A stretch of DNA of 64,000 bases, taken from positions 1,044 through 65,043 of the forward strand of contig JBAUIL010000161.1 of assembly GCA_049682915.1 (NCBI GenBank), given 5' to 3'. The notes beneath the pieces are model-generated. The model saw nothing but the letters and a program-made list of their open reading frames with translations. It was not told the DNA's origin and made no database searches. The position numbers were made by a program, and so were the translations under genes. This DNA is from Ahrensia sp. (GTDB lineage Bacteria; Pseudomonadota; Alphaproteobacteria; Rhizobiales; Rhizobiaceae). Positions 19,315 through 29,131 of the stretch are shown here, piece after piece (the stretch's first letter is position 1; the number at the start of each line of letters is the position of its first letter).

Positions 19315-20553
19315 TTAGTAGACTTCTGACTGAACCTTATCGAGGTTGGTCAGCACTTCGTCCAAGGTTGACGGATCCAGCATGAACTTCTGGAAGCCTT
19401 CCATACCTGCGGTTGCCATGGCAGCTGGTGCATCACGGTCGAAGAACTGAGCCAAGCCGGAAGCGGTGGACACGGTTTGCATGCCTTCAACGATGAACTT
19501 GTCATCCTCGTTGATGGCCGCTTTCGAGTTTGGCGGCAACTGACCCAGCGTCTTGTTCCATTCGGACTGAATGTCCGGCTGGGCAATGAACGACAGGAAC
19601 TTTTTCGCATTGTCGACATTTTTCGCGTTCGCGGGAATGAAGAATGCGTCAGCCGGTGCTTCTTCAGCGCGTGCCAAGCCTTCAGTGATTTCCGGGAACT
19701 GGAAGAAATCGATTTGCTCGTCGGTCAAGCCTGCTTCCTTGAAAGCAGCCACGGCAAAGTTGCCCATCACATACATCGCCGCGTCACCATTGGCGAAAGG
19801 CGCAATCGCATCCTGCCAGCTCATCGTGGCATGGTTGGCAATCGGGGTGCAACGCTCAAGCATTGTTTCCCAATTGGCAAATGTCGCGCGGATGCGGTCA
19901 TCGGTGTATTTGATTTCACCGGCGGTCAGCGCATTGTGCACATCGTAGCCATTGGTGCGCAGGTTGAGATAGTCAAACACGCCGGCGGCGGTCCACAGGA
20001 ACTTGGTGCCGATGGTGAACGGTGTCACACCGTTTTGCTTCATCGTGTCACACGCGGCAAGCATGGCGTCCCATGTTGCAGGCTCCTCAAGGCCGAGCTT
20101 ATCGAAGATGTCTTTGCGGTAGTAAACGCCCCACTGGTAATAGGAGTAAGGCACGCCCCACTGCTTGCCATCGCGCGACATGGTCGGCTTGATGGCTTCA
20201 AAGCTGGTCGACAGGTTCGGGTCAGATGCCCACAGATCAGAGATATCCATGAACAGGCCGGCATCGACAAATGGCGCCATGCGGTTGCCGGGATACCAGG
20301 CAATCACGTCGGGCGAATCGGTCTGCAGCGCGCCGCGAATGGTGTTTTTGTGTGCTTCGCGATCTGCGATGTTCACCGTGACGTTGATATCCGGATTGGC
20401 GGCCTCGAAGGCGGCAACGGCGGCTTCGAACGCTTCCTTCGGTGCCGGGTTCAAATCGTCATAGGTGATAACCAGCTCGCTTGCGAAAGCAGCCGTTGCC
20501 ATCAGCGCAGCAGACGCCACACCCAGAATTGATGTTTTCAGGATTGATTTCAT
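19315..20553 (-). CDS. ABC transporter extracellular solute-binding protein (family 1, sugar)
   Basis: 412 aa with signal peptide MKSILKTSILGVASAALMATAAFA. First gene of the galactoside operon. SD GGGAGGAA lies upstream. Confidence 0.9.
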   Translation of the reverse strand: MKSILKTSILGVASAALMATAAFASELVITYDDLNPAPKEAFEAAVAAFEAANPDINVTVNIADREAHKNTIRGALQTDSPDVIAWYPGNRMAPFVDAGLFMDISDLWASDPNLSTSFEAIKPTMSRDGKQWGVPYSYYQWGVYYRKDIFDKLGLEEPATWDAMLAACDTMKQNGVTPFTIGTKFLWTAAGVFDYLNLRTNGYDVHNALTAGEIKYTDDRIRATFANWETMLERCTPIANHATMSWQDAIAPFANGDAAMYVMGNFAVAAFKEAGLTDEQIDFFQFPEITEGLARAEEAPADAFFIPANAKNVDNAKKFLSFIAQPDIQSEWNKTLGQLPPNSKAAINEDDKFIVEGMQTVSTASGLAQFFDRDAPAAMATAGMEGFQKFMLDPSTLDEVLTNLDKVQSEVY

Positions 20554-20621
20554 TGGTGCGTTTCCTCCCGTTTAACGCGACAATGACCGCAGCAATGCAG
20601 CGGCCCAGTCAACTCTCCCTT

Positions 20622-20640
20622 TGTTCCACTATTCGGAACA
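20622..20640. promoter_or_regulatory. candidate IclR-type operator palindrome
   Basis: Perfect inverted repeat TGTTCC-N7-GGAACA in the divergent SBP/iclR intergenic region. Confidence 0.5.
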
Positions 20641-20644
20641 GTGT

Positions 20645-20673
20645 TTGACTATTTGAAACTATCGCGTTAATCT
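20645..20673 (+). promoter_or_regulatory. sigma-70-like promoter for the IclR gene
   Basis: TTGACT (20645..20650), a 17-nt spacer, then TAATCT (20668..20673). Confidence 0.45.
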
Positions 20674-20687
20674 GATACAAAAGTCAA
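20658..20687 (-). promoter_or_regulatory. sigma-70-like promoter for the galactoside operon
   Basis: On the minus strand: TTGACT (20687..20682), an 18-nt spacer, then GATAGT (20663..20658). It interdigitates with the plus-strand promoter. Confidence 0.35.
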
Positions 20688-20733
20688 GCGCTCTCAACGC
20701 AAATGGGTGGGCGCTGCTATTTGGGAGGATAGC

Positions 20734-21513
20734 TTGGGCAAGATTGACGGCAATACCGGCACGCTGGGCAAGGCAATGGCGGTGGTTGAGGCAATCGCTT
20801 CAGCCGATGCGCCGTTGCGATTCGGCGATTTAGCGCGCCAAGTGCCCCAGCCAAAGGCAACGCTGCACCGCCAGATCAGCAATCTAATTGAAGAGGGCCT
20901 CATCGAGGCGCGCCCTGACAGCACCTATGGGTTGGGCGTGCGGCTGCTGAAGCTGGCCGCGCGCAGTTGGAGCGACAGCCGGTTCCGCCTGATTGCCGAA
21001 CCGCATTTGATGCAGTTGCACAAAGACACCGGCGAAACGGTGCATCTGGGCATATTGCAGGGTGTTGAGGTTATCTATCTCGACAAGGTGGAAAGCAAAA
21101 TGTCGGTGCGCATGCACAGCCAGATCGGCAATGCGTCGCCGTGCTATTGCACCGGCGTGGGCAAAGCGGCGCTCTCAGCGCTTCCCTTGGCGCGCGCCGA
21201 GGCGCTGGCCTCGCAGATCACCTTTGTGCGCCACACACCGCACACGCTGACAGATGCAACAGCACTGCTGGCGGAACTTGAAACAATCCGCCGCACCGGC
21301 ATCAGCTATGACAGTGAAGAGCACGAAACCGGCATCCACTGCATCGCCGCGCCGGTTTATTCGGCAGACCGCGCCTTGGTGGCCGGCCTGTCGGTGACCG
21401 CGCCGACTTACCGCGTGCAGCGCGAACAGCTGGACGGCTGGGCAGATCTCCTTCTTGCAACAACCTCGGCCATTATGGATGACATGAACATCCGCATGGG
21501 CCCAAAATCATAG
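20734..21513 (+). CDS. IclR-family transcriptional regulator
   Basis: N-terminal wHTH ([47 protein letters not shown]) plus an IclR effector domain. TTG 20734 is preceded by GGGAGGA at a 5-nt spacing. The track start ATG 20707 has no SD. Confidence 0.88.
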   Translation: MGKIDGNTGTLGKAMAVVEAIASADAPLRFGDLARQVPQPKATLHRQISNLIEEGLIEARPDSTYGLGVRLLKLAARSWSDSRFRLIAEPHLMQLHKDTGETVHLGILQGVEVIYLDKVESKMSVRMHSQIGNASPCYCTGVGKAALSALPLARAEALASQITFVRHTPHTLTDATALLAELETIRRTGISYDSEEHETGIHCIAAPVYSADRALVAGLSVTAPTYRVQREQLDGWADLLLATTSAIMDDMNIRMGPKS

Positions 21514-21526
21514 AAATGGACAAACC

Positions 21527-22606
21527 ATGGCAGATGTAACGGTACGCCAGCTCAAAAAATCATTCGGCAGCGTCGACGTCATTCATGGTGTCGATCTTGA
21601 TATTGGGTCGGGTGAATTTGTCGTGTTCGTCGGGCCTTCAGGCTGCGGCAAGTCGACATTGCTGCGGCTGGTTGCCGGTCTTGAGGACGCGACATCGGGC
21701 ACAATTGCCATTGGTAATGATGATGTCACCCGGGTTGAGCCAGCCGACCGGGGTGTGGCGATGGTGTTTCAATCTTACGCGCTCTATCCGCATATGACGG
21801 TTGCGGAGAATATGGGCTTTGGTTTGAAAATGACCGGCTCCGATGATGCCCTGATCAAGGAGCGCGTCAGCAAGGCCGCCGCCATTTTGCATCTGGACCA
21901 GTTGCTGGACCGCAAGCCCAAGGCCCTGTCGGGCGGGCAACGCCAACGCGTCGCTATCGGGCGCGCCATTGTGCGTGAGCCGAAAGTGTTCCTGTTTGAT
22001 GAGCCGCTGTCTAACCTTGACGCTGAACTGCGCGTGCAGATGCGCCTGGAAATTGCCAAGCTGCACAATGATCTGGGTGCGACGATGATTTATGTGACGC
22101 ACGACCAGGTGGAAGCCATGACGCTGGCCGACAAAATTGTCGTGCTGCGCGCGGGCCGCGTGGAGCAAGTGGGTTCGCCGCTTGGGCTCTACAATGATCC
22201 GGACAATCTGTTTGTCGGCGGCTTTATCGGTTCGCCAAAAATGAACTTTCTCGCCGGAACTGTCGTCAAATCAACCGGTGCCAGCGCCGATGTGAAACTG
22301 GATGATTTTGACTGCACCGCCACGGTGCCCGTCAAATCAAAGCCGGAAGCAGGCACAAAGGTGAAGCTGGGCATTCGGCCGGAGCACTTCTCCAAGACCG
22401 GCAAATCAACCCTGAAAACCAAGATCGATGTTATCGAAGAGCTGGGCGGCACATCCTTTGCCTATTCAGGCGCAGATACCGCAGAGCCCTTGACGATTGA
22501 GGTGAAAGAGCGCGATCCGATCAAGCCCGGTCAAACCATCACCGTGGCGTTTGATCCGGCACGGGCATTTGTGTTTGATGCGCAAACGCAACTGCGTATC
22601 CGCTAA
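21527..22606 (+). CDS. sugar ABC transporter ATP-binding protein (MalK/UgpC-like)
   Basis: Walker [10 protein letters not shown], signature [14 protein letters not shown], Walker [13 protein letters not shown], and a C-terminal TOBE-like regulatory domain. Confidence 0.92.
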   Translation: MADVTVRQLKKSFGSVDVIHGVDLDIGSGEFVVFVGPSGCGKSTLLRLVAGLEDATSGTIAIGNDDVTRVEPADRGVAMVFQSYALYPHMTVAENMGFGLKMTGSDDALIKERVSKAAAILHLDQLLDRKPKALSGGQRQRVAIGRAIVREPKVFLFDEPLSNLDAELRVQMRLEIAKLHNDLGATMIYVTHDQVEAMTLADKIVVLRAGRVEQVGSPLGLYNDPDNLFVGGFIGSPKMNFLAGTVVKSTGASADVKLDDFDCTATVPVKSKPEAGTKVKLGIRPEHFSKTGKSTLKTKIDVIEELGGTSFAYSGADTAEPLTIEVKERDPIKPGQTITVAFDPARAFVFDAQTQLRIR

Positions 22607-22623
22607 CGCGGTTCAAGCCGCGT
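22606..22623. terminator. short hairpin spanning the convergent gene ends
   Basis: ACGCGG-ttcaag-CCGCGT (6-bp stem) overlapping both stop codons. There is no clear U-run. Confidence 0.3.
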
Positions 22624-23077
22624 CAGACTGGGCAGGGTCGGTCATCAAGGCGTGGATCGTGTCTGCATCGGTGGTGTTGCGGATGGCCTGCATGCGTTGA
22701 CGGTCGCGCATTGCCCTTGCCACCCGTGATAGCGCTTTCAGGTGGTCGGCACCGGCTTCTTCAGGTGCCAGCAGCATCATGATCATATCGACCGGCTGGT
22801 CATCGAGCGCATCAAAATCAACCGGCTCCTCCAGGCGCACAAACACGCCGGTGATGCGGTCATATTTGCCAAATTTACCATGCGGGATTGCAACGCCGTT
22901 GCCGACACCGGTCGAGCCCAGCTTTTCGCGCTGGACGATTGTGTCAAATATTTCGCGAGCCGACAGGCCTGTCAGCTCGCTTGCTTTTTCGCTCAGCGCT
23001 TGAAGCACCTGTTTCTTGGAAGACGCTTTGATGTCCGTAATCACTGCGTCCCGCGATAGAAAATCGCCGAGTTCCAT
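22613..23077 (-). CDS. ptsN: PTS(Ntr) EIIA nitrogen regulatory protein
   Basis: 154 aa with the GNGVAIPHG phospho-His motif. Lies in the canonical rpoN-hpf-ptsN arrangement. Confidence 0.92.
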   Translation of the reverse strand: MELGDFLSRDAVITDIKASSKKQVLQALSEKASELTGLSAREIFDTIVQREKLGSTGVGNGVAIPHGKFGKYDRITGVFVRLEEPVDFDALDDQPVDMIMMLLAPEEAGADHLKALSRVARAMRDRQRMQAIRNTTDADTIHALMTDPAQSDAA

Positions 23078-23119
23078 CGTGAATTCCAGTTTGTCGCTGA
23101 GTTTCCGGTGCCGCCCGCT

Positions 23120-23701
23120 TTACGATGAAGTCAGGCGGCTGGGATCAATCCAGCCAATGTTTCCGTCAGCACGCCGATAGACGAGGTTAACCTCGCCGCT
23201 GGCCGCGTTCCGGAACACATAGACCGGGTTATCCTGCAGGTCCAGTTGCAAAACGGCGGATGACACCGGCAATGTGGACAGTTTCATGGAAGTTTCCGCG
23301 ACCACCACAGGTGCGAAATCTTCTGGAATATCATCATCTTCCGTTTCCGGCAGCGGCTCAAAAACGGTGTAGGCGTAGGCCTCTGCTTTTTTTGCGCTGG
23401 CGGCCTCGGAATGGGATTTCAAACGCCGTTTGTAGCGCCGCAAGCGCTTGTCGATGCGCTCGGCAGCCGCCTCAAAGCTGGATTGCGGCTCCATTGATTC
23501 GCCGGTTGCCTGCAGCACAGTGCCGCTGTCGAGGTGCAGTGAAATATCAGCGGTAAAACGTGAACCGGCTTTTTCAACAACCACATGGCCGTTGCCACGT
23601 CCGTCAAAATACTTGTCTACAGCCTCGGAAATGCGCTCTTCGATGCGCGTGCGAAATGCGTCGCCAATTTCCATATGCTTGCCGGATACGCGTAATTCCA
23701 T
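23120..23701 (-). CDS. hpf: ribosome hibernation promoting factor, long form
   Basis: 193 aa. The N-terminal sigma-54 modulation / S30EA domain begins MELRVSGKHMEIGDAFRTRIEERI, and there is a C-terminal dimerisation domain. SD GAGGAG. Confidence 0.9.
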   Translation of the reverse strand: MELRVSGKHMEIGDAFRTRIEERISEAVDKYFDGRGNGHVVVEKAGSRFTADISLHLDSGTVLQATGESMEPQSSFEAAAERIDKRLRRYKRRLKSHSEAASAKKAEAYAYTVFEPLPETEDDDIPEDFAPVVVAETSMKLSTLPVSSAVLQLDLQDNPVYVFRNAASGEVNLVYRRADGNIGWIDPSRLTSS

Positions 23702-23829
23702 GATGTGCTCCTCATGCTGATTTAGTCAAACGCCTACTCGATAGGGTAGCCGTTTACGCAGCCTGCGCCTAATTATCGCTGGTGCGCAAGGTGCGGGATT
23801 TGAAAAAGCGACACGTGGTTGAAGCCAGC

Positions 23830-25341
23830 TTACTCGGCGGCGAGCATGCGGGCCCTCTTCTCGCGTCGGCGCTGCACCGATGAGGAGATTGCCATCGCTT
23901 CACGGTATTTTGCCACCGTGCGCCGGGCGATGGCGATGCCTTGCTGGTTCAGCATCTCGACCAAGGCGTCATCGGACAAAACTTTGCGCGGATCTTCAGC
24001 GTCAATCATATCGCGGATCTTTTGGCGAACCGCTTCCGATGAATGCGCCTCCCCATCTGCGCTGGTGCCGGAAGCGGAAATGGCGACCGTGAAGAAATAA
24101 CGCAATTCAAACAGACCGCGCGGCGTCATCATGTATTTATTGGAAGCGACACGACTCACCGTCGATTCGTGCATCTCAATGGCGTCGGCAACCGCCTTCA
24201 TGGTCATCGGTTTAAGCGAGCGCACACCTTCGGCAAAAAACGCGTCCTGCTGTTTGACGATTTCGGTCGCAACTTTCAGAATGGTTTGGGCGCGCTGGTT
24301 CAGGCTGCGCTCCAGCCAGTTGGCATTGGCAAAACAATCGGAGACAAAAGATTTGTCGGCACCCGCGCCGACATTGCGGCTCAAGGTGGCGTGGTAATCA
24401 CGGTTGACGAGAACGCGGGGCAACGCCTCCTCATTGAGTTCGATGCGCCAACTGCCATCGCTGGCTTCGGTGACAACGACATCATGGATGATCGCCTGAC
24501 TGCCAGCGGTATCAAAAGCACGTCCGGGATGCGGATCGAGCGTTCTGATTTCGCCAAGCATGTCCAGCAAATCGCTTTCATCAACGGCGCACAACTGACG
24601 CAGTGTTTTGAAATCACGCCGTGCCAACAGTTCCAGATTGTCGATCAAGGCGGCCATTGCCGGATCGAGCCGGTCAAGCCGTTGACACTGAATGCGCAGA
24701 CATTCGGCGAGATTGCGGGCAAACAGGCCGGCCGGTTCGCACTCTTGGAGCGCACCCAAGACGGCTTCAACATCTTCGCTTTCGCAGGCCAAGCGCCCAG
24801 CTATCTCGTCAATATCCACATCAATATAACCACGCTCATCAAGCGCATCGACGAGTTCGCTGGCAATCAACCGGTCTTGCGGGGTGGAAACCATAAAAGC
24901 GATCTGCTCGGTCACATGGTCGCGCAGTGAAACCTTTCCCGCAATATAATCTTCAATATCGGCGCCTGTATGCTCGTTGATCCCGAACGGCAGGTTGGTT
25001 GTCATATCCGGCCCTTGCCGGGCTTGCTCAATGGCGGCGCGCGCATTGTCGTCGGGGAACACATTTTCCATCGACGAGTCGAAGGCTTCCTGCATGGACT
25101 GCGTGGAGACCGTGTCGATTGAGCCGTCGAAAACCGAGGCATCAAGACTGTCGTTTTGCTCTGTCGCCGATGGCTGATCGCGGTCGCCATGCTCCAAGAG
25201 CGGGTTCTGCTCAATCTGGTCATCAATGAATTTGGACAATTCCAGATGCGTGAACTGCAACAAGCGGATCGATTGCAGCAATTGAGGCGTCACAGACATT
25301 GTCTGCGCTTGGCGAATGTTCAAGCGGGCATTGAGCGCCAT
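23830..25341 (-). CDS. rpoN: RNA polymerase sigma-54 factor
   Basis: 503 aa. N-terminal region I LQQSIRLLQ-type (QLLQSIRLLQFTHLEL) and a C-terminal RpoN box ARRTVAKYRE. Confidence 0.96.
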   Translation of the reverse strand: MALNARLNIRQAQTMSVTPQLLQSIRLLQFTHLELSKFIDDQIEQNPLLEHGDRDQPSATEQNDSLDASVFDGSIDTVSTQSMQEAFDSSMENVFPDDNARAAIEQARQGPDMTTNLPFGINEHTGADIEDYIAGKVSLRDHVTEQIAFMVSTPQDRLIASELVDALDERGYIDVDIDEIAGRLACESEDVEAVLGALQECEPAGLFARNLAECLRIQCQRLDRLDPAMAALIDNLELLARRDFKTLRQLCAVDESDLLDMLGEIRTLDPHPGRAFDTAGSQAIIHDVVVTEASDGSWRIELNEEALPRVLVNRDYHATLSRNVGAGADKSFVSDCFANANWLERSLNQRAQTILKVATEIVKQQDAFFAEGVRSLKPMTMKAVADAIEMHESTVSRVASNKYMMTPRGLFELRYFFTVAISASGTSADGEAHSSEAVRQKIRDMIDAEDPRKVLSDDALVEMLNQQGIAIARRTVAKYREAMAISSSVQRRREKRARMLAAE

Positions 25342-25539
25342 AAAAACCTCAATATGAAAACCTCAGACGGGTGTCTGCACCATGCACCAGTTTGGTTTCG
25401 GACCCTGAAACGGAGCCGATTTCAAATTGGCGCGCGACTTGCATGATAGCTAACAACGAAACCCTAAAGATTTCTAGCCCGAAGCGCGTAAACTTAGCCG
25501 AATTGCCAATTTCGTTGGCAAAACCGGCCCTTCGGGCGC

Positions 25540-26379
25540 TCACAGCTTGAATTGCTCGCCAAGGTACAGACGCCGCACATCGGGATTGGCGATAATCTCG
25601 GCAGGCGTGCCATGGGTCAACACCTGGCCTGCATGGATGATGTAAGCGCGGTCGATCAAGCCCAACGTTTCGCGCACGTTATGGTCGGTGATCAGCACGC
25701 CGATGCCACGGGTTGTCAAATGGCGCACCAGTGCCTGAATGTCGGCAACTGCAATCGGGTCGACACCGGCAAACGGCTCGTCAAGCAACATAAATGTCGG
25801 GTCTGATGCCAGCGCGCGGGCGATCTCGCAGCGCCGCCGCTCACCGCCCGACAACGCAATTGACGGAGACTTGCGCAAATGGGCGATGGAAAACTCGTCG
25901 AGCAATTCGTCGAGTTTACGACGCCGCGCCGCCGCGCTTTTTTCAACAACCTCAAGCACCGCCATGATGTTCTTTTCAACCGAAAGGCCGCGAAAAATGG
26001 AGGCCTCCTGCGGCAGATAGCCGATGCCAAGGCGTGCGCGCTGGTACATCGGCATCTTTGTTATATCATTGCCATCGAGCAAAATGCGGCCCTGGTCCAC
26101 CGGCACGAGACCGGTGACCATGTAAAAGCTGGTTGTTTTGCCCGCGCCGTTGGGGCCAAGCAGACCCACTGCCTCGCCGGTGCGCACCGCCATCGATGCG
26201 CCATCGACGACGCGCCGGTTGCCATAGGTTTTGGTCAGGCCGCGCGCAATCAGCGTGCCGGTCAGATCACGGCCTGCATAGGGATCATCATTGTCGTGGC
26301 CTGCCGCTGCCGCCTTGCGCGTTTTGGGCGCTTTGGGCTTGGGCAAGCGCTCAACCAGTTTTTTGACAGCAAGGCCCAA
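25540..26379 (-). CDS. lptB: LPS export ABC transporter ATP-binding protein
   Basis: [27 protein letters not shown] and [11 protein letters not shown] motifs. The longest frame uses TTG 26379 and adds an N-terminal extension of about 45 aa rich in Lys/Pro/Ala; the start is uncertain. Confidence 0.9.
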   Translation of the reverse strand: MGLAVKKLVERLPKPKAPKTRKAAAAGHDNDDPYAGRDLTGTLIARGLTKTYGNRRVVDGASMAVRTGEAVGLLGPNGAGKTTSFYMVTGLVPVDQGRILLDGNDITKMPMYQRARLGIGYLPQEASIFRGLSVEKNIMAVLEVVEKSAAARRRKLDELLDEFSIAHLRKSPSIALSGGERRRCEIARALASDPTFMLLDEPFAGVDPIAVADIQALVRHLTTRGIGVLITDHNVRETLGLIDRAYIIHAGQVLTHGTPAEIIANPDVRRLYLGEQFKL

Positions 26380-26382
26380 AGC

Positions 26383-26955
26383 TCAGTTCCGGTTCAGCGA
26401 GCGTGGCTGAATGAGGACTTTCGGGCGGCTGGCTGTGTTGCCGCAGCCTTCAAGCTTGGCGCGGCTGTTGGCCATCGTCACCGTGAGCTTGCAGCCGGTT
26501 GCCACATTGCCGCCTTCCGACAGCGTTACCCGCTTGCCGGTCAAGACCAGAACCTCCGAACGCATGTCATAGGTGCCCTGGTCGCCGGTTGCGACTTGCG
26601 GTCCGGTTTGAATATTGACACCGCCCGACACTTCCAGGCGCTCAATTGCCGCCTGCCCGGTGCCAACCGCCTCAGCGCCACCACTGGTATCGTAGTGAAT
26701 GACAAGACGGCCTGTGCGCAGCACGGTTTCGCCCTGCACAACCGATACATTGCCGTCAAACACTGCCAAACCCTCGGTTTCGCGCATTTCCAGCCGGTCA
26801 CCTTCGATTTGCACCGGCTCATCGGATGACAGCGCCAAACCATCGGCACCACCGAACGATTGCGCCTGTGCATGGGGTGCTGCGGTCAGGCCTGAGGCCA
26901 ACATAGCGGCGACAAGCAGGGCTGAAGTCCGAAAAGAAAAGAGGCGATTTGTCAT
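26383..26955 (-). CDS. lptA: LPS transport periplasmic protein LptA (OstA-like)
   Basis: 190 aa with a signal peptide (ALLVAAMLASGLTAAPHAQA) and an OstA_N-type beta-jellyroll sequence. Sits between lptC and lptB. Confidence 0.85.
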   Translation of the reverse strand: MTNRLFSFRTSALLVAAMLASGLTAAPHAQAQSFGGADGLALSSDEPVQIEGDRLEMRETEGLAVFDGNVSVVQGETVLRTGRLVIHYDTSGGAEAVGTGQAAIERLEVSGGVNIQTGPQVATGDQGTYDMRSEVLVLTGKRVTLSEGGNVATGCKLTVTMANSRAKLEGCGNTASRPKVLIQPRSLNRN

Positions 26956-27659
26956 TGAGCGATGGGGCTCTCTACAGCGGGTTGCGGGGTTGGCGCGGCC
27001 ATTTGAGGCACGGCACCAGGCGGAATAGTAATACGCACTTTTGTTTCAAAAACCACAACATCACCGTTGTCGCTGATTTTCATGCTGCCAGCATTGATGA
27101 TGGTGCCGTTGCGGTCAATTGTAACCGGCTTGTTGGTGACAAAGTTACCCGCTTCCACATCAATGTCGGCATCTTCAAATTGCATGGATACGCCATCGCT
27201 GGTGGAAAAGCTCGACTTGCCTTCCAGTCCCAGCGCGTTGACATCGCGATTATAGGTGCCTTTCGGCGCGACGAGTTTGCCCGTGGTTCCGGCGCGCAAT
27301 TCAAAATCAGCGCGAATTTCTTCAAGCTGCACGGACGCCTGATCGGTCAAGGATTGCACGGCGCGCTGGGCGGTCATGGCGTAAGCGCGGTCATCGCTGG
27401 TCGTGCCCGTCATCTCCGGATTGGCCATCACCAGATTGCCGTCATTAATCACCGTCTGCGACAGATCAACGCTCACCTCATCGGGTAAAACGATGCGGGA
27501 AATATAAAACTGCGCGCCAAGCGCCAAAAGGCCTGCAATGGCCGCTGCAGGCAGCGCAAATTTAAGCACGGCAACACGGCGTGAATGGGCGCGCGCCGCA
27601 CCATATGTCCGCGCGGCCCGGGCGCGTCGTGGCGCTGTGATATCTGCATCGTGACCCAT
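26952..27659 (-). CDS. lptC: LPS export system protein LptC
   Basis: 235 aa with one N-terminal TM anchor (LKFALPAAAIAGLLALGAQFYI) followed by a beta-rich periplasmic domain. ATGA overlap with lptA. Confidence 0.8.
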   Translation of the reverse strand: MGHDADITAPRRARAARTYGAARAHSRRVAVLKFALPAAAIAGLLALGAQFYISRIVLPDEVSVDLSQTVINDGNLVMANPEMTGTTSDDRAYAMTAQRAVQSLTDQASVQLEEIRADFELRAGTTGKLVAPKGTYNRDVNALGLEGKSSFSTSDGVSMQFEDADIDVEAGNFVTNKPVTIDRNGTIINAGSMKISDNGDVVVFETKVRITIPPGAVPQMAAPTPQPAVESPIAQ

Positions 27660-27852
27660 ATCTGCCCTTTAGCGACCAAAAACAAAGTCGTAAACCGGCA
27701 TGGCACTAACAGTGTAATATGGTCTTATTGGGACCTAGAGCGCAACTGCATGTATAAACTCAGTAAAAATATATGCGACGGCTCGTCATGGCCATTCATC
27801 TTGCGGTGCCTGACCGCTTGTGCAACACATCTGCCGTAACATGGGAGTGCGC

Positions 27853-28806
27853 ATGGCGCTGGCAGACGAGATTATCGACCGGCAGAAAATCCGGCGGAAA
27901 ATGGGCTTTTGGCGCATTGTTGCGGTCGCCGCTGTGGCCGTGCTGCTGGTTTGGGCACTGGTGGATGTACTGACTGGCGAGGATGGGACAGGGCGCGGCG
28001 GCGACCACATCGCCCATGTGACCATTTCTGGCGCGATAACCGGCGACACTGAACTGCTGGAACGGCTGGACAAGATCGCCGAAAGCGAGCGCGTCAAAGG
28101 GGTGATCATCACCATGAATTCGCCCGGCGGTACCACCGCCGGAGGCGAAGCGCTGTATGACGCGATCAAGCGGGTGAGCGACCGTAAGCCTGTGGTCACC
28201 CAAGTCGATACGCTTGCGGCGTCTGCCGGCTATATGATCGCTGCCGCCAGCGACCACATTATCGCGCGCAGCACGTCAATTGTCGGGTCTATCGGCGTGA
28301 TTTTTCAGTATCCGAAAATCGACGGCCTGTTGGAAACCGTCGGCGTCGAGATGCGCGCCATCAAATCGTCACCACTGAAGGCCGAACCATCGTTTTTTGG
28401 CGAAACACCGCCGGGCGCGGAAGAAATGATCCGCACCATGCTGCTGGACAGCTTCGTCTGGTTCAAGGATCTGGTGGCGGCGGAACGCAGTTTTTCTGAA
28501 ACCGAGATCAACATGCTGGCTGACGGTTCGGTCTTTACCGGCCGGCAGGCGCTCGAAAACGGCTTGATTGATGCGCTAGGCGGTATGCGCGAAGCCGAAA
28601 GCTGGCTGAAGACGCAGGACCTGTCTGAAGACCTACCGGTGCTGGAGTGGCGCAAGCCGGCTGCGGGGCCAAACTTCCTATTTGCCGATGCCGGCGTGTC
28701 ATGGCTTGCCGAGCGCGTTGGTATGCCGTTAAGGTATTCTCTGACCAATGAAGTAAAAGACCGGCTGCTGCTCAACGGGCTGCTGTCGATTTGGCATGTT
28801 GAATAA
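27853..28806 (+). CDS. sppA: signal peptide peptidase SppA, 36K type (S49)
   Basis: Motifs [13 protein letters not shown] and GSIGV, with an N-terminal TM. ATG 27853 is preceded by GGGAG; the track start 27820 lacks an SD. Confidence 0.88.
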   Translation: MALADEIIDRQKIRRKMGFWRIVAVAAVAVLLVWALVDVLTGEDGTGRGGDHIAHVTISGAITGDTELLERLDKIAESERVKGVIITMNSPGGTTAGGEALYDAIKRVSDRKPVVTQVDTLAASAGYMIAAASDHIIARSTSIVGSIGVIFQYPKIDGLLETVGVEMRAIKSSPLKAEPSFFGETPPGAEEMIRTMLLDSFVWFKDLVAAERSFSETEINMLADGSVFTGRQALENGLIDALGGMREAESWLKTQDLSEDLPVLEWRKPAAGPNFLFADAGVSWLAERVGMPLRYSLTNEVKDRLLLNGLLSIWHVE

Positions 28807-28823
28807 GTGACCAGGACGAACCG

Positions 28824-29111
28824 ATGATAAAGTCTGAACTCGTGCAAACGATCGCCAACCGTAACCCGCATCTGTATCAGCGCGACGTGGAAAACATCGT
28901 CAACGCGGTTTTTGACGAAATAACGGATACGCTTGCCATGGGTAACCGGGTTGAGTTGCGCGGGTTTGGCGCTTTCGGTGTCAAGGCACGTCCGGCACGC
29001 GAGGGCCGCAATCCGCGCACCGGTGAAACGGTCACGGTGGACGAAAAATGGGTGCCGTTTTTCAAAACCGGTAAAGAGTTGCGTGAGCGGCTGAACGGTC
29101 AAGACGACTAA
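28824..29111 (+). CDS. ihfB: integration host factor subunit beta
   Basis: 95 aa: [11 protein letters not shown]...[28 protein letters not shown]. Confidence 0.95.
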   Translation: MIKSELVQTIANRNPHLYQRDVENIVNAVFDEITDTLAMGNRVELRGFGAFGVKARPAREGRNPRTGETVTVDEKWVPFFKTGKELRERLNGQDD

Positions 29112-29131
29112 GAATAACAAGGGTCCGCACT

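Noticed and set aside
25349-25543. A 64-codon ORF on the same strand that exactly fills the lptB-rpoN spacer. It starts with a GTG overlapping the lptB stop and ends 8 nt before the rpoN ATG.
   Set aside because: Its codon usage is unlike that of neighbouring genes (several AGG, CGA, CTA, TTA, many A/T third positions). It has no SD and its product has no recognisable motif. The region is better explained as a structured non-coding leader. Ribo-seq could overturn this.
27701-27716. A sigma-54-like element, TGGCAC-taaca-GTGTA, in the lptC/sppA divergent region.
   Set aside because: The -24 half is perfect, but the -12 half has GT instead of the near-invariant GC. No enhancer-binding protein gene is nearby. 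It is probably a chance match.
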